From Octopus sinensis (Eukaryota), in contig NC_043006.1 in assembly GCF_006345805.1 (NCBI RefSeq), positions 83,204,001 through 83,268,000 on the forward strand: DNA of 64,000 nucleotides. Direction: 5' to 3'. A program made the translations under genes and the position numbers. Shown here piece by piece: positions 53,303-64,000 of the stretch. Positions within the stretch are counted from its first letter, which is position 1; every line of letters starts with the position of its first letter. The notes under the pieces were generated by a model that made no database searches, had not been told where the DNA came from, and saw only the letters and a program-made list of their open reading frames with translations.

Positions 53303-54455
53303 CTCCATATTTATCAAAACCTGCAAAATCCTGACCACAACTGGGAACCTCCACAGAAATAGTGATGTTGACAGGCTTTACCTAAGCAGAAATGAAGGTG
53401 GTAGAGGCCTGAGACCAGTGTAGACGGCTTTCGAATGCCGTATGGTAACACCCAGGCAACAGCAAAAATAAATATATAAATGCAATGCTGAAAAGTGAAG
53501 TGATCAACATTGTGCGAGTTGGCAGTGAGCCCCTCAAGAAGCACTCTCTTCCTGATAATCTCCTATACAACCCCAAAACAGCTGGGATCTCTTACCTCAG
53601 AGAAGACCTGGATGGAAAGCACTGAGCATACAAAAAAACTGACTATGAAAGGGTATGTTACCCGAAAGCTTGAAGACAGTAGAATTGACACGAAGCGTAG
53701 CCTCTCTTGGACACAAGACCACTACATCACATCGCGCTTTGAAGGCTATGCGTTTGCAATCCAGGAACAGGGGATTACCTCAAAGGACCTGGTGAACAAG
53801 AGCAAGTGACGCTCTTGCAATCCCAAGGTGCAGCCGCACGTGTAGGCTATGTCATGTTTCTGTGAAAGACATCATGCATGCGATTAGCAGCTGTCCAAAA
53901 ATGTCGTCAAAAATGTTGTTGCTAAAACAATTTACAATGCCATCCGCAAAAAAAGACTGTCCTAAAATAAGCTAAGAAAATCCCTCTGTTATGGAATACA
54001 TTCATAAACACCAACTCAAGGAATACTGGTGGAATATTCCCATCGAAACTTCTGTCAAACGTAAACATAACAGGCCGGATATTGTTGTTTGGGACAGAGG
54101 GGCAAGGTATGTACCATCATAGAGGTCAGCTGCCCTGTGGATATGAATATCTCTTTGAAAATTAAAGAAAAAGAGGATATCTATGGATAACTGCTTCGAA
54201 ACCTCCAGCTTCTATATCCAGGCTATGAATTCATATTCATACTAATAATAAGCTATTCAGAAAGAGAAATCGACCGGCTAATTCGTACATTACAAATTAC
54301 AAGTGCAATCTGTGAGTGGAACGGTAAAAATATGTAAGACTTTTCTCAAGTCCCAAATGTAAATTTTTTTGTATTAACTACATCCCTAAGATGGAGCCTT
54401 GTATCTTTGTTGGAAACCGGCTCCCTCCTCAGTGAAAGATTTATAATAATTAAAA
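53303..54455 (+). mobile_element. Decayed 5'-truncated R4/Dong-like non-LTR retrotransposon (second family)
   Basis: HRNSDVDRLYLSRNEGGRGL, FEGYAFAIQEQGI, CRLCH...H.ISSC knuckle, KHNRPDIVVWD, IIEVSCP. Confidence 0.85.
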
Positions 54456-54499
54456 AATAGAAGAGACATAATACATACATACATACATACATACATACA

Positions 54500-54531
<32 letters not shown>

Positions 54532-54782
54532 CGCGTCGAGTCGACCAAAGCCATGTGTATATAATGAGTAGTGGTCTGCTTCTGTAATTCAAAAAGACAC
54601 AGCATTGACACACTGTGTCACGGTGATACTAGCTGAGAGTTATGGTAAAAGTACATGTGTCTGTGGAATGCTCAGCCACTTATACGTTAATTAAATGACC
54701 GAGTAAATTCAGTTGATATCGAGCAACTGATTGCTCTTCGTCGAACCAAAGAGATGTACCACCATCACCAAACACACACCTG

Positions 54783-54849
<67 letters not shown>

Positions 54850-54886
54850 TGTGTATATATATATATAATATATATATATATTATAT

Positions 54887-54976
<90 letters not shown>

Positions 54977-55004
54977 CATACACACATTCATACATACATC
55001 TATC

Positions 55005-55246
55005 CAGGTTAATCTACCAGATATAATTATTAAAGACAGGGAAGAAAATACTTGTTGACTAATAGATGTAAGTGTTCCCACTGATAAAAATATATCTGTA
55101 AAGGAATTTGATAAATTAAGGACCTAGAAATTGAAATGCAAAAGATATGGCACCTTAAAGCGAGAACTGTTCCTGTTATTGTAGGTGCCGTAGATATATA
55201 TTAAAAAAAGGGAGTGTCAGAAACATCTAGATAATATCCCAGGAGA
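55005..55246 (+). mobile_element. RLE-domain fragment of the same R4-like family as 58405-59825, in inverted orientation
   Basis: NLPDIIIKDREENTC..IDVSVPTDKNISVKEFDKL; reverse complement of ~58670-58905. Confidence 0.85.
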
Positions 55247-55979
55247 ATACTCGTTCTGTTGGTGTTTTATCTTTTTATCATTTATTTGACTGCGACCATG
55301 CTGGAGCATTACCTTGAAGAATTTTAGTTGAAGTGAACGACCCTAGTACCTGTCATTTTTTTTTCGTTAGCCTGGTATTTATTCTATCGGTGTATTTTGG
55401 CGAACTGCTATATTACGGGAATATAAATACAGCAACGCCGATTAAGCGATGGTGGTGATGGTGGTGGACAAACACAGACGCAATGAAGCATGCACATTGA
55501 CACACATATAAATATATATGCACACACGCACATGATAGGTTTCTGTAGTAGACGGCACTTGCTCAAGATGCTACGCAATGGGACTGAACCTGGAATTTTT
55601 CTCACCACACAGCTAGGTTTCCACCTATGTGTGTGTGTGAGAGAGAATGTCTGTATGTGTGTGTGTGTGTGTGTGTTTGCGCGCATATACATTAATTCTT
55701 TGAGAAAGTAATGAACGTCATCCATTCACGTCCTCCGCCACCACGTATCCAACTCTTCGTACTACCACTGCCATAAGTATCCATTAAGAAAATACTTGCT
55801 TCAATAAGTACTTTTTGTAGTTTTCGGTGATATGCTTGGGTATTTATATTTCTTTTTCCACTAATTATTATCTCCGGTGTCATATTCCCACTTACTGAAT
55901 TACCTCTGCACACTCCAACATCAGAACACCTCTTCAAGCTTGTACTTCTACGTATATTTGCGTATTTATTATATATGTA

Positions 55980-56089
<110 letters not shown>

Positions 56090-56104
56090 TACATATATAT
56101 ATAT

Positions 56105-56151
<47 letters not shown>

Positions 56152-56260
56152 TAAGTATAATTTATATATGTGTGTATGTATATATATATATATATACTTA
56201 TGTTTGTATGTGTGTATGTATGTATGTATATATTTGTATATATATATATGTGTGTGTATG

Positions 56261-56292
<32 letters not shown>

Positions 56293-56694
56293 TGTATGTA
56301 TGTATGTATGTATGTATGTATATAACACACGCAAATGCAAGTATATCAGACACCAAATAACTTGAATTACCAAATGGCAATTAAGACCAGCAACATTTGA
56401 GAAGAGAAGATAAAATCAAGAATGAAGGATTCTTGAAAGCTGGCATCCTATTAAAGAAAAGGATGGGCTTATTGGCTACAGATAAGAGGACAGTTGTGTA
56501 GTGCGTGCTTCTACATCAATATGCGTCATCGGCATGACAATTGTCTATCGTTGTCTATTTCCAGTAACCAAAGGACATATGAAAGCGTAGAACATATTTA
56601 TGGTCGAAGTAATTTGTATAAATTAAAACAAAAATCAGCTAAGAACAATAAATCAATGGCCAGTGTCATATATTGGAACAAGATAGAGGAACTG

Positions 56695-56800
<106 letters not shown>

Positions 56801-57561
56801 ATGTGAGTTTGAGTGTGTGTGTGCAGAAGGCGGCGAGCTGGCAGAAGGCGGCGAGCTGGTAGAAACGTTAGTACGCCGGGCGAAATGAGTATCCGTATTT
56901 CGTCTGCCGTTACCTTCTGTGTTCAAATTCCGCCGAGGTCGACTTTGCCTTTCATCCTTTCGGGGTCGATAAATAAAGTACCAGTTAAGCACTGGGGTCG
57001 ATGTAATTGCCTTAATCCATTTGTCTGTCCTTGTTTGTCCCCTCTATGTTTAGCCCCTTGTGGGTAATAAAGAAACATACATATTTATATATATATAAAT
57101 GGAGTGGCTGTGTGGTAAGTAGCTTGCTAACCAACCACATGGTTCCGGGTTCAGTCCCACTGCGTGGCATCTTGGGCAAGTGTCTTCTGCTATAGCCCCG
57201 GGCCGACCAATGCCTTGTGAGTGGATTTGGTAGACGGAAACTGAAAGAAGCCTGTCGTATATATGTATATATATATGTATGTGTGTGTGTCTGTGTTTGT
57301 CCCCCTAGCATTGCTTGACAACCGATGCTGGTGTGTTTACATTCCCGTCACTTAGCGTTTCGGCAAAAGAGACCGATAGAATAAGTACTGGGCTTACAAA
57401 GAATAAGTCCCGGGGTCGATTTGCTCGACTAAAGGCGGTGCTCCAGCATGGCCGCAGTCAAATGACTGAAACAAGTAAAAGAGAAAAGATAAATATATAT
57501 ATATATATTATATATATATATATTATATATATATATATTATATATATATATTATATATATA

Positions 57562-57619
<58 letters not shown>

Positions 57620-57769
57620 GTATATATACATATGTGTGTGTGTGTGTGTGTGTGCGCGTGTGCAATAATGTAAAAGAATAACCAGTAAGTAGATTGTTAG
57701 TACTTCAATTATTTTATTACGATCATTTTGGTAGTTGATAATAGATAATCAATAATTAGTACATACATC

Positions 57770-57774
<5 letters not shown>

Positions 57775-57834
<60 letters not shown>

Positions 57835-57920
57835 GAAGAAGAAGAAGAAGAGAAGAAGAAGAAAGAAGAGAAGAAGAAGAAGAGAGAAGAAGAGAAGAAG
57901 AAGAAGAAGAAGAAGAATGA
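57775..57920. repeat. (AAT)n grading into (AAG)n compound microsatellite
   Basis: Read directly. Confidence 0.95.
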
Positions 57921-57924
57921 TTTC

Positions 57925-58402
57925 ATTTATTTACCACAAAAGCGAAGGATGGGGGTACAATACAGAGACAGACATAAAGAGTAGGGCATTACATATATTA
58001 ATGAAATGATTAGAAAAAAAAGCTAAGTATACACTGTAAAAGAAGGGGCATATGCATTTCATACAAAGGTAAAAAAAAAAAGTGGAGTGGATGATAGAGA
58101 TATGGTCTTCCTGATACAGGACCGCCCCTAGGACTAAACGAGGAACCCCACTGTCCGAGATTTCCCTGAAACCCCAAGAGCAAGTGCTCTCTCCAGTTCC
58201 TTCTCTCCGACTCACAGGTCTACACTTAGTGAGGTACCATCCATTCTTGCCATTTTCGCAACTCTCACCCACTTTTCAATAAACCCATCCGAGGACAGTA
58301 CTTCCTTCTCCACTCTCAATTTCCTTTTCAGGTGAAACTTAAAAAAGTTAATGAGAGTTCTACCAAAAAGGAATCTATCTGTCCTCATGCCTTTCAGCCA
58401 GT
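57925..58402 (-). mobile_element. 3' end of a probable Tx1/L1-clade LINE
   Basis: Minus frame LKGMRTDRFLFGRTLINFFKFHLKRKLRVEKEVLSSDGFIEKWVRVAKMARMDGTSLSVDL*, then a 3' UTR ending TAAATAAATG next to a simple repeat. Related copy at 3375-3830. Confidence 0.55.
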
Positions 58403-58404
58403 TA

Positions 58405-59825
58405 TTATTATTATTGTCATTTACTTTTAATCTGCATGTTTGTTTCGATCACTTGCTGAGCCACACCCAACGTCCTAGGGTGAGTGAAAGACAAGAGATG
58501 TTATAGTATACCTGAAAGCTTGGGGAAGGGAAGTGGCTGGGGCAATAGCGAAATATTTTCATGTAATACAACACAGACATTTCAAATGATAGGGTTTTTC
58601 TAAGGATGCTGGTAGTACTTGTCAGTACAATCTTTTGGATTTCTCTGAGACACGGTTCTCCTGGGATATTATCTAGATGTTTCTGACACCCCTTTTTTAT
58701 ATACCTAGGGCACTTACAATAAAAGGAACAGTTCTCGCTTTAAGGTGCCACATCTTTTGCATTTCAATTTCCAGGTCCTTATATTTACTTAATTTGTCAA
58801 ATTCCTTTACAGATATATTTTTATCAGTGGGAACACTAACATCTGTTAGTCTACAAGTATTTTCTTCCTTGTCTTTAATAATTATATCTAGTAGATTAAC
58901 CTAGATCGTTCTGTCGGTGTTGACTGGAAAATCCCTGAGGATAGTGACATTTTTACCTTCAGCAACTGGCTCAAAACGATGTTCATATCAGTAAGCAGGA
59001 GTGCCAATTTTGTAGTGCTTACATATTTTCCAATGTAAATACTGTCCTATCTTATCGTAGCGATTTTTGTATTCCTTTGGTGTCAGCACAGGACATCCTG
59101 AAACGAGATGATCTATTGTTTTGTTAAATGTGTCGCAGAATCTGCATTTAGAGTCAGAACTGCATAAAGAACGTTAGCCTGGTAGTTTCTGGTAAGCAAG
59201 CTTTGATTTTGTGCCGCCAATATGAAACCTTCAGTCTCAACTTTCAGTCCTGAACTTCTCAGCCACTGATGGGTTGTTGCTTGGTCTACATCAGCATTTC
59301 GATTTCAAAGAATATACTGTCCACGCAGGGGCTTCTGGCTCCATCGGTCCTCAGTTTGTTTCTGCCCATTCTGTTATGCAGTCTGCTTGACCCGTTTTGC
59401 TTGTTTGGTGGCAATGATTTCAGGCTCTTCATCTAATTCAAGGTTAATGCCAAGTTCTCTTGCGAATTTGCAGGCTTTACAATAGAATGCGACGTTTTGC
59501 TGCTTTCGTGTTTGCACACAATCCGCAGCATTCAGGCCTCTGTACTAGATAAGAACCTGTTCATTGTTATTGTGGAGGACTTATAGCACAGTTCTACTTG
59601 CATCGTTCCTCTTCCCCTATTACTTCTAAGTAGGTTCTGACGATCGACGTCTGCTTTTGGGTGGTGCATGTTCTTAGATGTTAGTAGTTTTCTTGTCTTC
59701 TTATCCAGACGTTGGAACTCTGTAGGATTCTAGTTAATGATGTTAAAACTGTGTTGGACTACTGGATGTTAATGGTTTCGATGCGATTTTTGGAGTTGAG
59801 TTCAGTTTTTAGTATTATTCTTATT
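58405..59825 (-). mobile_element. Decayed 5'-truncated R4/Dong-like non-LTR retrotransposon (third family) with (TAA)n tail
   Basis: HHPKADVDR...RGRG, KCRFCD...IDHLVSGCP knuckle, DIIIKDKEENTC...DVSVP RLE; 3' UTR ends CAATAATAATAATAA. Confidence 0.88.
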
Positions 59826-60591
59826 CTTTTGTAGTACTCTTATCGTTATCATTATAACAATATAGATAGATAGATTTATACATACAGATATATATGTACA
59901 TAGCTACATATAAGTACAAACGTACATATATATATACATGCATGTATACATACCTATATGCATATTGGTTATGATATATAGGTATGTACATCAGCGATGT
60001 CATCTTCGGTAAAACTGAGATAATAATAATATTTCCTCATAAATCGCAAATGGGGATCTTTCTTAAGCACTTTAGTGGGAAGCTTAATCTAGCATCCGGT
60101 ATAACACTACAACCTTGCCTTTGTGTGCCTGTGAGAGATGTCGCTTTGTTGCCAACATTTTCGTTTGGTTTACACCCTAAGGAGAACTCTCTTTCTTGCT
60201 ACTTCCCGTCTCAGATGACCTGAAAAGGTCACATAGGTGCTGCCCTTCCTACTTTGAGGCATTCGGGTAGACTAAAAATAAAATAAAGATAACACAGCCT
60301 TCTGAGTCAAAAATTTGGTTAAGGGTCATCCCTGCTGATTTTAACTTCAAGATCAGCATCATGTTTATGATCAAACATGTCCTGTCTATGAGCATCCTAT
60401 CACTGTGAAACTATATCAGTGACCAGGTCACAGTTAGTGCGAAGAAAATTTTGACACCCAATGAATGTTGAAGTGATAGTTAACAGTTTATGACTGGCTA
60501 GTATGTGTCTTAAACTCTGTAATTGCTTTAATTTCAAGAAATCAAATCATTTACCTGACAAATCCTAAATCAAATCATCTCCTAAACTCAG

Positions 60592-60622
<31 letters not shown>

Positions 60623-61479
60623 ATATATATATATATATGCATATATACATGTGTGTTATGTGTTTTTACTATTGTTTTTTACTCTCTCGTATAAGCAACA
60701 CCACTCAAATCCTGTCAATTAATACTAATTTCCTTTTGCCATTGGGCATAAGGCCAATGTTTGCCTAGAAGATACAACTAATTAAACCCATCATATTATG
60801 TTACTGATATCTTATATGAGTCAACTTGAACAGCTCGGCTCTCCGAAGCCAATTTAAGTTCTTAATAGTACCATTGGTAAGTTATGGAAAATTCTAATAC
60901 ATGTACTATACGTCTGCTCATGCTTTCTCGATCACCAATAAATAGCAGTTCGGTATTATCCTTTCCAAAGAATTATATGATTTAAGGCAACAAACTATAT
61001 AATCACATTATTCAGACAATAGGTGAGGTGGTATATGGATAGAATCTGTATAGAACTGTGTTACCTCACCTATTATCTTCACCTCTATTTGTTCCCTTTG
61101 GAAGGCGCAGTATGACCGAATGAGCTAACAATGTTATTTTTGTTGCTTCTTATATATATATATATTATATTGTGTTTGTCGACTGGTTTCGCTTTCGCTA
61201 ATCAACACATTAAAATTATTTTAATGACGTATTTTCTTAAGAAAAATTTTTTTGTTCATGTTGTGTGTGTAGTATATATATATATGTCTTCTCTTATTCA
61301 ATATTGTTAGTTCATTGTGATATGTGATTTGTGCCCGATGAATATGTTTGAGATATTTCTCAACATATGAAAATATTAGTAGCACTTAAAAACATGTATT
61401 GTGTCCTTTAAATAAATAATAAAATTCATCTCTCACAAAATGGAGTACTTTCTTTGGTGAATTTTCTATTATGTATGTG

Positions 61480-61518
<39 letters not shown>

Positions 61519-63163
61519 GCGTATGCTTGTATCTGTGTTTATCCCCACCCCCACCTGAAAACCGGTGTATGTTTATTTACGTTCCTGTAACTTAGGAACC
61601 GATAGAATAAAATAAGTTCTTGGGTTGATCTGTCTAAACTAAAACCCCTACATGCAGTGCCCCAGTATGGCCGCATCCTAATGACTGAAATGAGTAAATG
61701 ATTAATGATTTAAGACCAATCGTTATGCACCATCAAATAAATGATAATTAAAACAGAAATACTTTATCAACAACCAAATGACTCCACGATCCGATTCTCA
61801 TCTTTAACTGTAACAAATACCTTTTATTAACGCAACTAAAGGTTTCGACAAAAGCACGCCTGCCAGAATTTCTCGTTAACACCACCGCCGTAACAATCTT
61901 TGAGTTCTGTGACTATCTAAAAAAGAGCATGTATATTTTTAGAACTCCGGTGGAGTGACACTATTTTCGATTTTCTTTTCAAACTATTTTAACTTTTATT
62001 TGTGCCGCTAAAGTTCTCTAGAAATACATTAGTGTATAAGTATAGTCTACATGTCCAGTGATCGCATTTATTTTTCCTTCTTATATTATAAACCTGAAAT
62101 GCTGTGCTTCAATTCTGGAGAGAAAAAGTAAACCGAATGAAGAAATTTTATTTAGAAGTAAGAACTACGTTAAACTGACGCTTAAAGTAAATAAATTCCT
62201 TCACATTATTCACAATTAAAATCTAATGCTCATTGTTCTTATTACAACTGGAGTTTTGTGTGGAACTGTTACAGAACAATTCCAGAACATTCTAATCTAT
62301 TCGCAAACGTAAATAAAAGATGACGAATATGATGCGAAAAAGAAATAGCAACTATCGCATTTCATTTTGTTTTCATTTGTCTTGCTTCTGTTCTTTTACT
62401 CTCTTCTTTTTATTTTCCTTTTTTATTTATCTACATATTTTCATCATCCGTCTATAGCCAGCAACAGCAGCCCTGCTATCGCGAACTGACTAAAACTACC
62501 AATCTACTTTCTTCACTACATACCACCAACGCGAGAATTAATCAGCCCACCTGACGAACTATCTTTCGAAAAACTAGGATTGTTTGCTTTTTTTTGTTTT
62601 GTTTCTTTGTTTATTTGTAAGTTTGTTTGCTCTTTTTTTAACGAGAAATTCATCAGAAAAGAGAACCGCGTCAAGAAGGAAAGGTCTTAGGAAGTGCTAA
62701 AATAATTTATTGCATTTTAAAGAAAAGTGAAAAGAAAAAAAGACATTTCGTTTAATGCAATAATTATTAAAATAATTCAGCCCTAACGTGAAATACGAAA
62801 AAAGAAGCTTGATTTAAAACGCTTGTTTGTATATAAGAAAAAACTATATTTGAAAATATATTGGGATATTTTTCTATCTTGGATATTTCGCATTGATAAA
62901 GACAAAAAAAAGAAATAATATATTTCAGAACATCATCATCATCAACAACAGTAATGAGAATAACGCGCAAAAAAATTATGCTAAAAAAATACACAAAATT
63001 ACTTTTAAACAAACCATTTTTTTAATTTCTCTTTTTTTTTACCAATTATAATTCTACAAAAAACTTTAGCGTTATTCTCTTGTATATAATTTCCCAATGT
63101 ATTCCGGGTATGCACGGGTAAGAAATAATTTATTTACTTATTAGTTAACTATTAAGATTTTGC

Positions 63164-63687
63164 TGTAAATGATATCAGACGTTATAACAGAAAATGGCAG
63201 TATAAGACAAAAGAAAGCATATTCGCATTGGGAATTCGAACTCATGCATCAGTGTTCCATTAGTGCACATACAGCTACTTGTTTGGCTTTTCTGTCTCCA
63301 TTTTCCGTCTGTAATATCTGATATTATTATTATTATTTACTTAATATGCACTTTGTGAACATTTTATAATTATCTGTCACATACTTAAATATTTTCGTTT
63401 CGTTTCCTTTTTAGTTTTCTTTCCCTATTTTATTTTATGTTGACTTTCGTTTCGTTTACTTTTTATTTTATTTCCTCTTATTCTATTTATGCTCAACTCC
63501 TTTTCTTTTTCTTTCACTATTTCGTGTATTTATTTATTTATTTATTCCGTTATTCTTTTCATTTGATTTCTTTAACTAGTTTTAAACAAAATAGATCGGA
63601 TAAACATTTTTTCTAGCTATTGATTTCTTTTTCCGTTTATGTTTAATATATATCTTCTTAAAATCTGAACGGACATATTGGAAATAT

Positions 63688-63738
<51 letters not shown>

Positions 63739-63992
63739 GCACAAACAAACACATATATATATATATGCATGTATGTATATTATTAATGTAAATGATATTA
63801 GACATTATAAAAGAAAATGTCAGTATAAGACAAAAAATATATGTTTCCATATGGAATTCGAACTCATTGATCGATGTTCCATTAGTGCACATACAGTTAC
63901 TTGTTTGGCATTTCTGTCTTATTTTTCCGTCTATAACAGCTGATATTATAATTATTATTATTTACTTAATTTACTTAAACATTTTCGTTTCG
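63164..63992 (+). repeat. Diverged direct repeat (~200-240 bp at 63164 and 63787)
   Basis: Shared TGTAAATGATAT.AGAC...GGAATTCGAACTCAT...GTTCCATTAGTGCACATACAG.TACTTGTTTGGC...TTACTTAAT. The minus strand has a B-box-like GAGTTCGAATTCC. Confidence 0.85.
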
Positions 63993-64000
63993 TATGTATA

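Noticed and set aside
62545-62580. CUGACGA...GAAA string; similar strings at 29222, 33655 and 49536
   Set aside because: No stem II, palindromic stem III or stem I; expected by chance.

Overview
AT-rich, microsatellite-saturated eukaryotic non-coding DNA. The SINE families, compound microsatellites and TE mix look like a coleoid cephalopod, probably Octopus (inference; no search run). I found no recognisable host protein-coding gene, and most ORFs in the track are translated microsatellites. Identifiable content: (1) a near-full-length Penelope-like element (PLE; RT plus GIY-YIG, Neptune-type Cys linker) at 22.7-26.3 kb, joined head-to-head to an inverted 2.6-kb copy of its own 3' half and flank; (2) R4/Dong-like and Tx1-like LINE fragments; (3) a Tc1 element with DD36E spacing, mariner relics, hAT MITEs with 8-bp TSDs and a small Helitron; (4) several tRNA-derived SINE families. 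The most interesting signal is a dense set of minimal type I hammerhead ribozyme (HHR) motifs from at least seven apparently unrelated sequence families. All have a palindromic stem III and several carry non-canonical cores (U3-A8, U4C, C3/A8). Many sit in small fold-back elements that share one architecture: two head-to-head arms plus a 60-75 nt one-sided tail ending at (TA)n. These look like non-autonomous PLE-derived ribozyme elements. All structures were folded by eye and none has been tested.
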